Assembly: GCA_965221125.1 (NCBI GenBank)
Contig: CBDCRW010000007.1
Span: forward strand, 128,001-192,000
Length of the DNA: 64,000 nucleotides
Direction: 5' to 3'
DNA from: Alphaproteobacteria bacterium
GTDB lineage: Bacteria; Pseudomonadota; Alphaproteobacteria; UBA828
In this document: positions 19,160-30,489 of the stretch, in pieces
Layout of the letters: the number at the start of each line of letters is the position of its first letter
How positions within the stretch are numbered: position 1 is the stretch's first letter
Made by a program: the position numbers and the translations under genes
The notes under the pieces: model-generated
The model's input: only the letters and a program-made list of their open reading frames with translations
What the model was told of the DNA's origin: nothing
Database searches by the model: none

Positions 19160-20368
19160 TCAGCCCGTGCCTGACTCCAGGCCGTCCTTCGTCTCAGCGA
19201 GTATCTGGTCGACCACGTGGAGCAACGCCTGCTCTTCGCTATCTCCCTCCAGGCGGCGCAGGCGGTAGAGGTCGGCCTGGCGGTCCGCCCCGGTCCCCTC
19301 CCTGATGATGTCGAGCGCGCCGCGCACCTCCGCCTCGCACCCGAGCGCGCGGGCGTCGTCCACGAGCTCATCGACCAGCGCCGCCGCGTAGTCGTCGATA
19401 TCCACGCGGCCGCCGCCGGAGCCCCGGTCGCCGAAGAAGGCGAGCACGCCGTAGCGCTGGGCGATCCAGCGGTCCTGGGCGATGAGCTCGGTGAGCGGTT
19501 CCGACGGCAGCGCGCCGTCCCGGTCCTGCCGCAGGAGCCGGCGGATGAGGGAGGCGTAGAGCGCCGCGATGGTCACCGCGTCCTCAAGGCGCGTGCAGAC
19601 ATCGCAGATGCGGAGCTCGATGGTGGGAAAGGCGCTGGCCGGGCGGATGTCCCACCACAGCTCCCTGGCGTCTCCAATGTACTCCATCCGCCGATACTCG
19701 GCGACGAGCCACTCGTAGTCGGCCTGGGAATGCAGCTGGCGGGGCAGGCCCGTGCGCGGCAAAGCGCCCATCACGGTGAGACGGAACGACTTGAACCCGG
19801 TCTCGTGCCCGCCGTTGAACGGCGAGGAGGCGGAGAGCGCATGCAGAAACGGCAGGTAGCGCCTGAGCGCGGTCATCACCCGGATGCGCGAGTCCGGTTC
19901 GCCGAAGCCCGCATGAATGTGCATGCCGCCGACGAGGGCGCGGCGCACGGTCTCCTGGTACGTGGTGGCGAACCGCTTGTAGCGCTCCCCGGGCGTCGGC
20001 GACTGCTCCCGCCACGAGGCGAAGGGGTGGGTGGAGGCCGCCAGCACGCGGGCACCGTGCGTCTCCGCCGCGCGGACGACCAGTTGGCGCGTCTCGCGCA
20101 ATGCGGTGCGCACGTCGGCCACCGAGTTGCACACCCGCGTGTTGGTCTCGATCTGGGAGCGCAGGAACTCGTGCACCACCTTGTGTGGCCCGCCGGCCTG
20201 CTCGCACGCCTCGAAAATGCCCTCATCCGGGTCGGCGAGGAGGTCGCGGGTCGCGGGATCGACGAGAAAGAATTCTTCTTCGACTCCGAGCGTGATGCCG
20301 AGCCCGTCTCCGGTGTCGGCGGCGTTCATGGCCGTCTCGCGACCCTTGGCCGCGTCGTCCCGTGACAC
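19160..20368 (-). CDS. Carboxylate-amine ligase (YbdK / glutamate-cysteine ligase 2 family); start may be 20329
   Basis: TLGVEEEF, ASTHPF, GMHIH, LSASSPF, LWWDIRP, TIELRICD. Confidence 0.9.
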   Translation of the reverse strand: MSRDDAAKGRETAMNAADTGDGLGITLGVEEEFFLVDPATRDLLADPDEGIFEACEQAGGPHKVVHEFLRSQIETNTRVCNSVADVRTALRETRQLVVRAAETHGARVLAASTHPFASWREQSPTPGERYKRFATTYQETVRRALVGGMHIHAGFGEPDSRIRVMTALRRYLPFLHALSASSPFNGGHETGFKSFRLTVMGALPRTGLPRQLHSQADYEWLVAEYRRMEYIGDARELWWDIRPASAFPTIELRICDVCTRLEDAVTIAALYASLIRRLLRQDRDGALPSEPLTELIAQDRWIAQRYGVLAFFGDRGSGGGRVDIDDYAAALVDELVDDARALGCEAEVRGALDIIREGTGADRQADLYRLRRLEGDSEEQALLHVVDQILAETKDGLESGTG

Positions 20369-20482
20369 ATCATCGTCAAGACCTTGCTACCGCCTGTCGC
20401 GTCATCGCGATCGAGGATTGCACAGATTAGCCCGTCACGTAGGTCTGCCTCGTTAGACGTGACGAGCAGCGCAGGCTAAGCG

Positions 20483-21538
20483 CTAGAGTTTATCGAAGTC
20501 GTCGTAACTCATTGAACTCGTTCGAGCGTTCCCACCACTCACGGCTTGCAGAGTGAGCTCCCAACCGGCAGTGCGTATATCATAGTCGATTCTCCTATCA
20601 AACATTTGGGCAGCCCCCTGAATACAGAATGACTTTCGCTCGACATCAAATATAGAATCCGTACCAAATGCAACCATATAGGAACCGTGCGGTATTCCCC
20701 TCAGAGACGCCGTTTTTCCTGCCTCGACAAGTACTGAAATCACTGCTTCGTCGTGTTCCCGGACTAGTTTCACGTAAGCATTGTCTCGCAATCCGTTCTC
20801 AACCGAAAAGTCGTTCCCGTTATCGGGATAATGCCTTCCATCAACAACGTAATTGTGGCCCGGGCGGGGCTTCGGTACATGCTCCTCGCAATGCCTTAGG
20901 CGGGCTTCCGACCCGGACCCACCTTCGAGGAGGCCACCGATGACCCACCCGAACTTGAGCACATTGTCCAGCGACGGCACCTTCCATTCGACTTCGTACC
21001 ATTGCCCCTGCACGCGACCAGTCTTGATGAGCTCACCCCATCGCGGAACACGGTTTAGTTCCGGCGCAGAAGCTTTCGGAGCCGCACGAACTATGGCCTC
21101 TTCGTCATTGACGTACACACGTCTATTTTCACGGTCTACTCTGGCTTTCTTGATTCGTAAAGCACCTTGACCTTCAAGAAATTGACGCTTGGCTATCGTC
21201 AATTCACTTTGAATGTTGGTTTCGTCCGTCTCATAATACCCCTTATTTGAACACCGATGGTTAAATTGACTTATTCGAGCGTTGTAGCTATCGACTTCCC
21301 ATCCCTTGTAAGCATCTATCTCATTGCTTTCTCCCTCTAATCTGACATCTTCGAAGACACACCATCGCAGTTCCCTTAACGTTGGGTGATCATTCTCATC
21401 TGGTATTGCTTCTTCCGGTTCTGCGCTCCATCCCTTACCGCTAATGCCGACGATAGCCAAGGTCATGACCAGCGAAACGATAATCGCCGATACCCTTACC
21501 AGAGGCAGGAGTTGACGAGCAGCGAGCATTCTTGTCAT
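20483..21538 (-). CDS. Secreted or membrane-anchored SH3b-domain hypothetical protein, low GC
   Basis: N-terminal hydrophobic segment; Cys-pair helical region; SH3b-like AIVRAAP...GQWYEV...FGWV; AT-rich relative to its neighbours. Confidence 0.65.
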   Translation of the reverse strand: MTRMLAARQLLPLVRVSAIIVSLVMTLAIVGISGKGWSAEPEEAIPDENDHPTLRELRWCVFEDVRLEGESNEIDAYKGWEVDSYNARISQFNHRCSNKGYYETDETNIQSELTIAKRQFLEGQGALRIKKARVDRENRRVYVNDEEAIVRAAPKASAPELNRVPRWGELIKTGRVQGQWYEVEWKVPSLDNVLKFGWVIGGLLEGGSGSEARLRHCEEHVPKPRPGHNYVVDGRHYPDNGNDFSVENGLRDNAYVKLVREHDEAVISVLVEAGKTASLRGIPHGSYMVAFGTDSIFDVERKSFCIQGAAQMFDRRIDYDIRTAGWELTLQAVSGGNARTSSMSYDDFDKL

Positions 21539-21861
21539 CAGTTCTACCGCTCCAAGTTAGGACCGAAACTCGTGCGTGCGAAATGATCAATCAATGCGAG
21601 AAGACGTCTCTCACTCTCCTGCATCACTATCTTATGTGATGGGAACTGTCGTCTAGGGTGATTCGCCGATATAACGAAAAGGCTATGCGTCATGCTTGTG
21701 ACGGATGCATAAGTGCGTGTAACTCAGATTTTGACCTCGCTGTGCACCACGAGGCGTTTGACATGCCCCGTGTCGAGGACCCTCATGAGCCAACGCTTCC
21801 ACAGGACCCTGCCCGGCGCAATCGGTTAGTATGGGCGCGAGACAGCCGCGAAGAGAGACCA

Positions 21862-22998
21862 TTGCAGCTCCAGACCGAACGACGCCTCGCCGCCGAGGCG
21901 CTCGACCGCATCGGCCGCGGCGCCTTGCCGGAGGCCGAGGCCACGATGGCGATCGACGGCCGCCGCTACACCTGCGAGACGGCGCTCGCCGACGAGATCG
22001 CGGCACTCTTCCGGCGCCACCCGCTGCCGCTCGCCTTCGGCTGCGAGATCGAAGGGCCCGGCGACTACCTCACGCTCGATATCGCCGGCGTGCCGGTGCT
22101 GCTGATTCGGGACGACGACGGCACCGTGCGCGGCCTGCTCAACACCTGCCGGCACCGCGGCGCCCGCCTGCTGGACGGCGCCGGCCGCGTCGGCAAGGCC
22201 TTCGTCTGCCCCTACCACAACTGGGCGTATGACCGCTGCGGCGTGCTCAGGGCGCAGCCGGCGGCCGAGCACTTCCCCGGCATCACGGTCGGCGAAGAAG
22301 CGCTGGTGCGCTTCCCCACCGAGGAGCGGGACGGCTTCGTCTGGCTGTTGCTCGACCCCGCCGGCAGGCTCGATCTCGACGACGCCCTCGGCCCGCTCGG
22401 GCCGGAGCTTGCGGCCTTCGGGCTCGCGGACTACCGCCACCGCGGCAGTCACGACTGGACCAAGCGGATGAACTGGAAGCTGGGCGTGGATACCTTCCTC
22501 GAGTACTACCACGTGCCTATCCTGCACCGCGCCTCCATCGGCAAGACGCTGTTCGGCACGGTCTTCCTCTACGAGGCCTGCGGCCGGCATGCGCGCCTCG
22601 TCGCGCCCCGCCGCAGCATCGTGGACCAGCATGGCGGCGACCCGGCGAGTTGGCGCGTGCTGCCGCATGCGACCATCGTCTACCGGCTCTTCCCCAACGC
22701 GGTGTTCATCAGCCAGGGCCCGCACGTCGAGCTCGTGCGCTTCTTCCCCGATCCCGAGCGGCCCGACACCACGGCCTGCCGCTTCAGCTTCGCCTCGCCC
22801 GCCGACGACACCAGCGAGCGCGACTGGGAGGAGATGATGCGCCTCGCGCTGGGCGTGCTCGACACCGAGGACTTCGCCGTGATGGAGGGCGTGCAGGCCA
22901 ACCTCGCCGCTGGCGTGCAGCGCGAGATCGTGTTCGGCCGGAACGAGATCGGCCTGCAGAACTTTCACCGGATGCGCGATGCCGCGCTGAACGGCTGA
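21862..22998 (+). CDS. Rieske non-heme iron oxygenase alpha subunit (start uncertain; TTG 21862 chosen)
   Basis: Rieske CRHRG...CPYHNW; catalytic iron motif EYYHVPILH and EDF. Confidence 0.88.
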   Translation: MQLQTERRLAAEALDRIGRGALPEAEATMAIDGRRYTCETALADEIAALFRRHPLPLAFGCEIEGPGDYLTLDIAGVPVLLIRDDDGTVRGLLNTCRHRGARLLDGAGRVGKAFVCPYHNWAYDRCGVLRAQPAAEHFPGITVGEEALVRFPTEERDGFVWLLLDPAGRLDLDDALGPLGPELAAFGLADYRHRGSHDWTKRMNWKLGVDTFLEYYHVPILHRASIGKTLFGTVFLYEACGRHARLVAPRRSIVDQHGGDPASWRVLPHATIVYRLFPNAVFISQGPHVELVRFFPDPERPDTTACRFSFASPADDTSERDWEEMMRLALGVLDTEDFAVMEGVQANLAAGVQREIVFGRNEIGLQNFHRMRDAALNG

Positions 22999-23020
22999 GC
23001 GCGGCGTCGGGAGCGCACCC

Positions 23021-23929
23021 ATGTCCAAGACCTACCTCTTCACCGTCGGCCCTTCGACCCCGCCGGCCATGACCATCGACCCCGGCGCGGAGATCGAGGT
23101 GACGGTGGACGGCGCCTTCGACGATATCGAGGACATCGCCGAGGTGCCGACGCCCTTCACGCCTGCGTCCGAGGGGCATCCGCTCGCGCCGGTGACCGGG
23201 CCGATCGCCGTGCGCGGCGCAAAGCCGGGCGATTCCGTGGCGATCGACCTGCTCGAGATCGAGCCGTTCGGCGAAGGCGCCAACGCGGTGCTGCGCAACT
23301 TCGGCGTGCTCAAGGAGGAGTTCGAGGAGCCCGCCATCGTCGCCTGCCCGATCCGCGACGGGCAAGCCTGGTTCGGCGACCGGGTGGCGATCCCGCTTGC
23401 GCCCAATCTTGGCACGCTCAGCACCATGCCGCCGGAAGGCTACCGGCCGTCCCACGCCGGACCCTACGGCGGCGACTTCGACCAGCGCGACGTGAGCGTG
23501 GGCGCGCGCGTCCACCTGCCGGTGATGGTCGACGACGCGCTGATCTTCATGGCCGACCCCCACGCCGCCATCAGCGACGGCATCATCAGCGGCACCGGCG
23601 TCGAGTGCTCGGCCCGGGTGCGGGCGCGGATCTCGCTCAACAGGGAGAGCCCGGTCGCGCGGCCCATCTTCGAGCAGAACGGCACGGTGCAGATCGTGGG
23701 CTACGGCCCCTCGGTGGAGGCGGCGACCGAAGACGCGTCGAAGGCCGCCGTCGGCCTGGTGGCAGGTTGGACCGGACTCTCGCGGCGCGAGGCCTACATG
23801 CTGCTCGGCATCGTCGGCGAGCTCCGCATCGGCACCTCGCCCCGGCCCACCATGGCGGCGCGGCTGATCGTCGACAAGGCCGTGCTCGCCTCGGCGGGCT
23901 GGGACGGCGCCGTGGTGCCGCTGGCCTGA
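23021..23929 (+). CDS. Acetamidase/formamidase family protein
   Basis: TGPIAVRGAKPGD, GGDFD, LPV, DPHAAISDG, EAYML. Confidence 0.8.
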   Translation: MSKTYLFTVGPSTPPAMTIDPGAEIEVTVDGAFDDIEDIAEVPTPFTPASEGHPLAPVTGPIAVRGAKPGDSVAIDLLEIEPFGEGANAVLRNFGVLKEEFEEPAIVACPIRDGQAWFGDRVAIPLAPNLGTLSTMPPEGYRPSHAGPYGGDFDQRDVSVGARVHLPVMVDDALIFMADPHAAISDGIISGTGVECSARVRARISLNRESPVARPIFEQNGTVQIVGYGPSVEAATEDASKAAVGLVAGWTGLSRREAYMLLGIVGELRIGTSPRPTMAARLIVDKAVLASAGWDGAVVPLA

Positions 23930-23965
23930 CGGACGCCGTCCCCGCGCCCCCGTTACTCCGGCCCC

Positions 23966-25402
23966 CTAGGCGAAGAAGTAAGGCGACAGGCCTTGCTGAT
24001 TCTCGTCCACGATCAGGCGGCGGCCGGGCGGCGGATAGGCGCGCGCGCTGCAATCGGAGCGCTCGCAGAGCCGGCAGTTGATGCCGATGGGCGTGACGCC
24101 CGAAGGCCGCTCGGGGTCGAGGCCGGCGCCATAGACGAGGCGGTTGGCATGGGAAAGCTGGCAGCCGATCGCAACCACGAGCTGCTGGCCCGGCAGCGCG
24201 TGGCCCGCGCCCGGCCGCACAACTGTGCGCGCAATCGTGAGGTAGCGCGCACCGCCCGGCATCTCCACGATGTCGAGGCGGGTCTCGCCCGGCGCCCGGA
24301 AGGCGCGGTGCACCCCCCAGCGCGGGCAGAGACCGCCGAAGCGGGCGAAGCGGAAGCCGTCGGCATCGAAACGGCGCAGCACGTTGCCCGCGCAGTCGAG
24401 GTGAACGAGGAAGAACGGCACCCCCTTGGCGCCGGGCCGCTGCAGGGTGATGAGCCGTTGGCAGACATGCTCGAACGACGCACCGAAGCGCCGGCCGAGG
24501 AGGTCGATGTCGTAGTCGAGCGCCTCGGCGGCGGCGTGGAAGCGCTCGTAGGGCATCACGCAGGCACCGGCAAAGTGGTTCGCGAGGTCGATGACGAGGA
24601 GGCGGCGCGCCTCCCCCTCGAGACCCGCGTGGGCGGCGATATCGTCGAAAAGCTCGCGCCAGCCGAGCAGCCCCAGCTGATGGGCGAGCTGAAAGACCCG
24701 CTCCTCGGGCGCGAGCGCGTCGGAGAGCAGGACGCGCCGGCCGTGGCGGTCGTAGCGACGGACCAGATCGTGCATGACGTCCGCCGGCATGAGCCGGAGC
24801 TTGAGGCCGTGGGCGTTCGTGAGGACGGCGCGCAGCCCTTCGTAGAGGCCGTCCGGATCGAGGCTCTCGTCGGCCCGGAGCCGCTCGGCAGCCTCCTCGA
24901 TCTCGGGGAAATAGCAGGACCGGCTCTGCATGAACTCCTGCACCTGGTCGTTCGGGCTCCCGGCAGCCCCGGCCAGCGGGGCCGGCGGTTTGCCCTCCCC
25001 GGCGGCGCCCGGCCCTTCGGCACCGTCCATCGTGTTCTCCAGGAGGTCGCGGTAGGCGCGGAAGAGCAGGATGACGGCATCGCCGAGCGCCGGGCTTGCC
25101 TGAGCCGCGTCGCGAATGTCTTGATCGCCCACCCGGCTTCGGGCAAACAACGGGTCGCCGAACACTTCCCGCAACTGGGCGGTGACGCGCCCCTCGTCGT
25201 CTTCCGCAAAGCGTTGGAGATCGATGTCGAACGCCTGGCCGAGCTTGAGCAGGAACGGAACCGTCACGGGCCGCTGGCTGCGCTCGATGAGGTTGAGGTA
25301 GCTCGTGGAGATGCCGAGCTGCGCCGCCATGCGCGCCTGGGTGAGCCCGCGCTCGCGCCGGAGCCTGCGCACTCGCTGGCCCGCCATCACCTTGCCCTGC
25401 AT
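23966..25402 (-). CDS. Short-chain fatty acyl-CoA regulator (XRE family, RamB/PrpR/ScfR-like)
   Basis: N-terminal XRE HTH (GISTSYLNLIE), FQLAH, C-terminal IGINCRLCERSDCSARAYPP; divergent from aceB-aceA. Confidence 0.9.
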   Translation of the reverse strand: MQGKVMAGQRVRRLRRERGLTQARMAAQLGISTSYLNLIERSQRPVTVPFLLKLGQAFDIDLQRFAEDDEGRVTAQLREVFGDPLFARSRVGDQDIRDAAQASPALGDAVILLFRAYRDLLENTMDGAEGPGAAGEGKPPAPLAGAAGSPNDQVQEFMQSRSCYFPEIEEAAERLRADESLDPDGLYEGLRAVLTNAHGLKLRLMPADVMHDLVRRYDRHGRRVLLSDALAPEERVFQLAHQLGLLGWRELFDDIAAHAGLEGEARRLLVIDLANHFAGACVMPYERFHAAAEALDYDIDLLGRRFGASFEHVCQRLITLQRPGAKGVPFFLVHLDCAGNVLRRFDADGFRFARFGGLCPRWGVHRAFRAPGETRLDIVEMPGGARYLTIARTVVRPGAGHALPGQQLVVAIGCQLSHANRLVYGAGLDPERPSGVTPIGINCRLCERSDCSARAYPPPGRRLIVDENQQGLSPYFFA

Positions 25403-25450
25403 GGACCACCTCTCACACCGATGCCCGGTGCGCCCCGTGCGCACGCACCC

Positions 25451-25530
25451 TGTTTACTGAATTTACAATAACACAATGAATCGCATACTAAACATGAATG
25501 AAATACACATTTTTTTACAACAAGTTATGG
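25451..25530. promoter_or_regulatory. AT-rich divergent promoter with candidate ScfR/RamB operator sites
   Basis: TTTACT (25453), TTTACAA (25462), TTTACAA (25514) in a strongly AT-rich tract between the regulator and aceB. Confidence 0.45.
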
Positions 25531-25596
25531 ACTTTCTCACCCCGTCGCGCGACATTGACGTCGTATTGCGATGCAACACGCAAGGAGTAGCACGCG

Positions 25597-27243
25597 ATGC
25601 AGCAGAGCCGCAGGAAGGACGTCGAGGAGACGTGTGAGACCGGAGTCGAGATCGCCGGTCCCGCCGTCCCCGGCCGCGACGAGATCCTGAGCGCGGAGGC
25701 CGCGGCCTTCGTCGCCACGCTGGAGCGCCGCTTCGGCGACGAGCGGCGGCGTCTGCTCGAGGCCCGTGCCGATTTCCAGGCGCGCATCGACGCCGGTGAG
25801 AACCCGGCCTTCCGGCCCGAGACCAGGGCGATCCGGGAGAGCGACTGGACCGTCGCGGGCACGCCGGCGGACCTCGCCGACCGGCGGGTGGAGATCACCG
25901 GCCCGGTCGATCGCAAGATGATCATCAACGCGCTCAACTGCGGCGCGTCCTGCTTCATGGCCGACTTCGAGGACTCGGCATCGCCGACCTTCGAGGTGAT
26001 GATCGCGGGCCAGGTCAACCTGCGCGACGCGGCGCGGCGCACCATCTCGCTCAGCGACCCCAACACCGGCAAGTCGTATGCGCTGGCCGACGAGACTGCG
26101 ACCCTCATCGTCCGCCCGCGCGGCTGGCATCTTGAGGAGGCGCACCTCCTCGTCGATGGCCGGCCGGTCTCCGCGAGCCTCTTCGACTTCGGCCTCTTCT
26201 TCTTCCACAACGCGGCGGAGCTGCGCGCGCGCGGCACCGGCCCCTACTTCTACCTGCCCAAGCTGGAGCACTACGAAGAGGCGGCGCTCTGGAACGCCGT
26301 GTTCGTCGCGGCCCAGGAGGAGCTCGGCCTCCCCGTGGGCACGATCAAGGCGACGGTGCTGATCGAGACCATCACGGCCGCGTTCGAGATGGACGAGATC
26401 CTGCACGCGCTCAAGGACCACATCGTCGGCCTCAACTGCGGGCGCTGGGACTACATCTTCAGCGTCATCAAGACCTTCCGGAACCGCGCCGACTGCGTGC
26501 TGCCCGACCGCGGCCTCGTCACCATGACGCAGCCCTTCATGCGCGCCTACAGCCGGCTCCTCATCAAGACCTGCCACCGGCGGGGCGCCCACGCCATGGG
26601 CGGCATGGCGGCGCAGATCCCCATCAAGGGCGACGACGCGGCCAACGCGGAGGCATTCGGCAAGGTCCGTGCGGACAAGGAGCGCGAGGCCGGCGACGGC
26701 CATGACGGCACCTGGGTCGCCCATCCGGGGCTCGTGCCGATCGCCCGCGAAGTCTTCGACCGGCTGATGCCCGAGGCCAACCAGGTCCCGTTGCAGCTCG
26801 GCAACGTGACCGTGACCGAGGCGGACCTCGTCGCCATGCCGGAAGGCGCGATCACCGAAGAGGGGCTGCGCAACAACATCCGCGTCGGCATCCAGTACAT
26901 CGAGGCGTGGCTCGCGGGCCGCGGCGCCGTGCCGCTCTACAACCTGATGGAGGACGCGGCCACCGCCGAGATCAGCCGCGCTCAGATCTGGCAGTGGATG
27001 CGTCACGGCGCGAGCCTTGCGGACGGGCGCGCGATCGACCGGGCGCTGGTCGACCGGCTGCTTGCCGAGGAGATCGCAGCTCTCAGGGAGGCGCTCGGCG
27101 AGGCCCGCTTCGACGGCGGGCACTTCGAGGATGCGGTCGCCCTCTTCACCGAAGTCGCGACCGCCGACGACTTCCCCACTTTCCTGACGTTGCCGGCGTA
27201 TCACGTGTTGAACGCCATTCATGACGGCGAGACCGCCGATTGA
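25597..27243 (+). CDS. aceB: Malate synthase A
   Basis: [65 protein letters not shown]. Confidence 0.96.
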   Translation: MQQSRRKDVEETCETGVEIAGPAVPGRDEILSAEAAAFVATLERRFGDERRRLLEARADFQARIDAGENPAFRPETRAIRESDWTVAGTPADLADRRVEITGPVDRKMIINALNCGASCFMADFEDSASPTFEVMIAGQVNLRDAARRTISLSDPNTGKSYALADETATLIVRPRGWHLEEAHLLVDGRPVSASLFDFGLFFFHNAAELRARGTGPYFYLPKLEHYEEAALWNAVFVAAQEELGLPVGTIKATVLIETITAAFEMDEILHALKDHIVGLNCGRWDYIFSVIKTFRNRADCVLPDRGLVTMTQPFMRAYSRLLIKTCHRRGAHAMGGMAAQIPIKGDDAANAEAFGKVRADKEREAGDGHDGTWVAHPGLVPIAREVFDRLMPEANQVPLQLGNVTVTEADLVAMPEGAITEEGLRNNIRVGIQYIEAWLAGRGAVPLYNLMEDAATAEISRAQIWQWMRHGASLADGRAIDRALVDRLLAEEIAALREALGEARFDGGHFEDAVALFTEVATADDFPTFLTLPAYHVLNAIHDGETAD

Positions 27244-27253
27244 GGAGGATGAC

Positions 27254-28555
<1,302 letters not shown>

Positions 28556-28626
28556 ACCGCCGGTGCCAGGGCCTTCCCGCCTGCAGCGGGGACGCCCTGG
28601 CCCTTTTTCGCTCGCGGTAACAGGCC

Positions 28627-30348
28627 CTATACCGCTGGCCCGGCCTGCGGACCCCGCAGCAGGCGGCCGGGGAGCGCGCCGGTCGCCTCGCCGTCGCGAT
28701 AGACCGGGGCGCCGGAGACCACCGTCGCCACGTAGCCCTCGGCCCGCTGGATCAGGCGCCGCCCGCCGCCCGGCAGGTCGTAGACCGGCTCCGGGCAGTG
28801 CAGCGTGAGCCTGTCGTAGTCGATCACGTTGAGGTCGGCCTTGTAGCCGGACCGGAGCAGCCCGCGGTCTTCGAGGCCGAGGGCCAACGCGTTGTCGCGC
28901 GTCATGCGCCTGACCGCCCAGGGCAGCGACATCGGCTCGCCCTTGGCCCGGTCGCGCACCCAGTGGCTCAGCATGTAGGTGAACGCGCTCGCGTCGCACA
29001 GCATGCCCACGTGGGCGCCGCCGTCGCCGAGGCTCACCAGCGTGTGCGGGTGGCGCAGCATCTCGCCCACCGCGTCGAGCGAGCCCTCCGTGTAGTTGCT
29101 GACCGGGCGGTAGAGCATCGCCTTGCCGTCTCGCTCCAGCAGGTAGTCGTAAGCGACGTCCTCCGGCGCTCGCCCCTCGCGGGCGGCGATGGCGGCGACG
29201 CTCTGCTCGGCAGCGGGCTCGTAGTCGGGCGGCGTGCCGAGCGGGTAGAGGCGGTCCCAGCGACAAACGCGCTTGGCGACGAACGCGTCCGCGCATTCCT
29301 CGGTGAAGAGGCGGGCGCGGAACTCGGGCTGCCGCAGAATCTCCAGCTTCTTCTCCAGCGGCAGATGGGCGATTCCCTCCCAGCTCGGCCGGCCGGAGAA
29401 CGGGTTGATCGAAATCTCGAAGCCGAGCAGGACGCCGGTGGCGCGCGTCAGCGTCTGGCCGATCATCGGCAGGCCCGCGTGGTTGGCGTCCGCGATATGG
29501 CCGAGGATGCGCCGCCAGCCGTCCGGCGCGCGGTCGTTCTGCAGGATGGTGATGGCCATCGGCCGGCCGCTGCGCTCGACCACGCGGCGCAGCATGGCGA
29601 ACTCCTCGTCGAGATCGTGGAAGTCGGAGATCACCTGCAGCCAGCCCGAGCCGACCGTGCCCATGGCGGACGCGATCGCGGTTAGCTCGTCCTCGGCCGC
29701 GGTCAGCGTCGGGATCGGGCGGCCGTCCAGCGTCTTGTGGTTGAGCGTGCGCGAGGTCGAAAAGCCCAAAGCGCCGGCACGCACGCCTGCCGCCGCAAGC
29801 TGCGCCATGGCAGCGTTATCCTCGGGCGTCGCGGGCTCGCGCTCGACGCCGCGCCGGCCCATGACGAAGACGCGGACCGGCGAATGCGGCACCTGCGCCG
29901 CGATGTCGAGGTCGTAGGGCCTGGCGTCGAGCGCATCCATGAACTGCTCGAAGCTCTGCTAGGTCCACGGCAGCCCTTCGTCCAGCACCGCGCCGGGGAT
30001 GTCCTCGACGCCCTCCATGAACTCCACCAGCGTCTCGCGCTGGTCGGGCCGGCAGGGCGCGAAGCCGACGCCGCAATTGCCGATCATCGCGGTGGTGACG
30101 CCGTTCCAGGACGACGGCGTGATCCGGCTGCTCCAGGTGGCCTGCGCGTCGTAGTGCGTGTGCGGGTCGATGAAGCCCGGCGTCACGATCTTGCCGCGCG
30201 CATCGATCTCCTCGTCGCCGGGGCCGAGACCGGGCTCCACCGCCGCCACCAAGCCGCCCGCGATCGCGACATCCGCCTCGCGGGGCTCGCCGCCCGAGCC
30301 GTCCACGACGGTGCCGCCGCGAATCACCAGCGCGTAAGGCCTGCTCAT
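28627..30348 (-). pseudogene. D-aminoacylase-like amidohydrolase interrupted by an in-frame TAG
   Basis: The two track ORFs are in one frame: ...GLPWT-TAG(29959-61)-QSFEQFMDALDAR; motifs [26 protein letters not shown] are retained. Confidence 0.85.
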
Positions 30349-30489
30349 CGTCGCCCCCTTGGCTCACCCGGAGAGCGGTCCATTAGAAGGAAATCGCGCG
30401 TGGCCGCAAGGGCGGAGTGCGCCGGTTGCATGCCCGGCCGGGCGCGCGCGACACTCGGCCCGCAACATGGAAGGAACGGGAGGCCCCCC

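Noticed and set aside
29959-29961. Pyrrolysine recoding
   Set aside because: The position corresponds to a conserved Trp, one substitution from TGG; no pyl genes in the window; TAG is used as a normal stop by many genes here.
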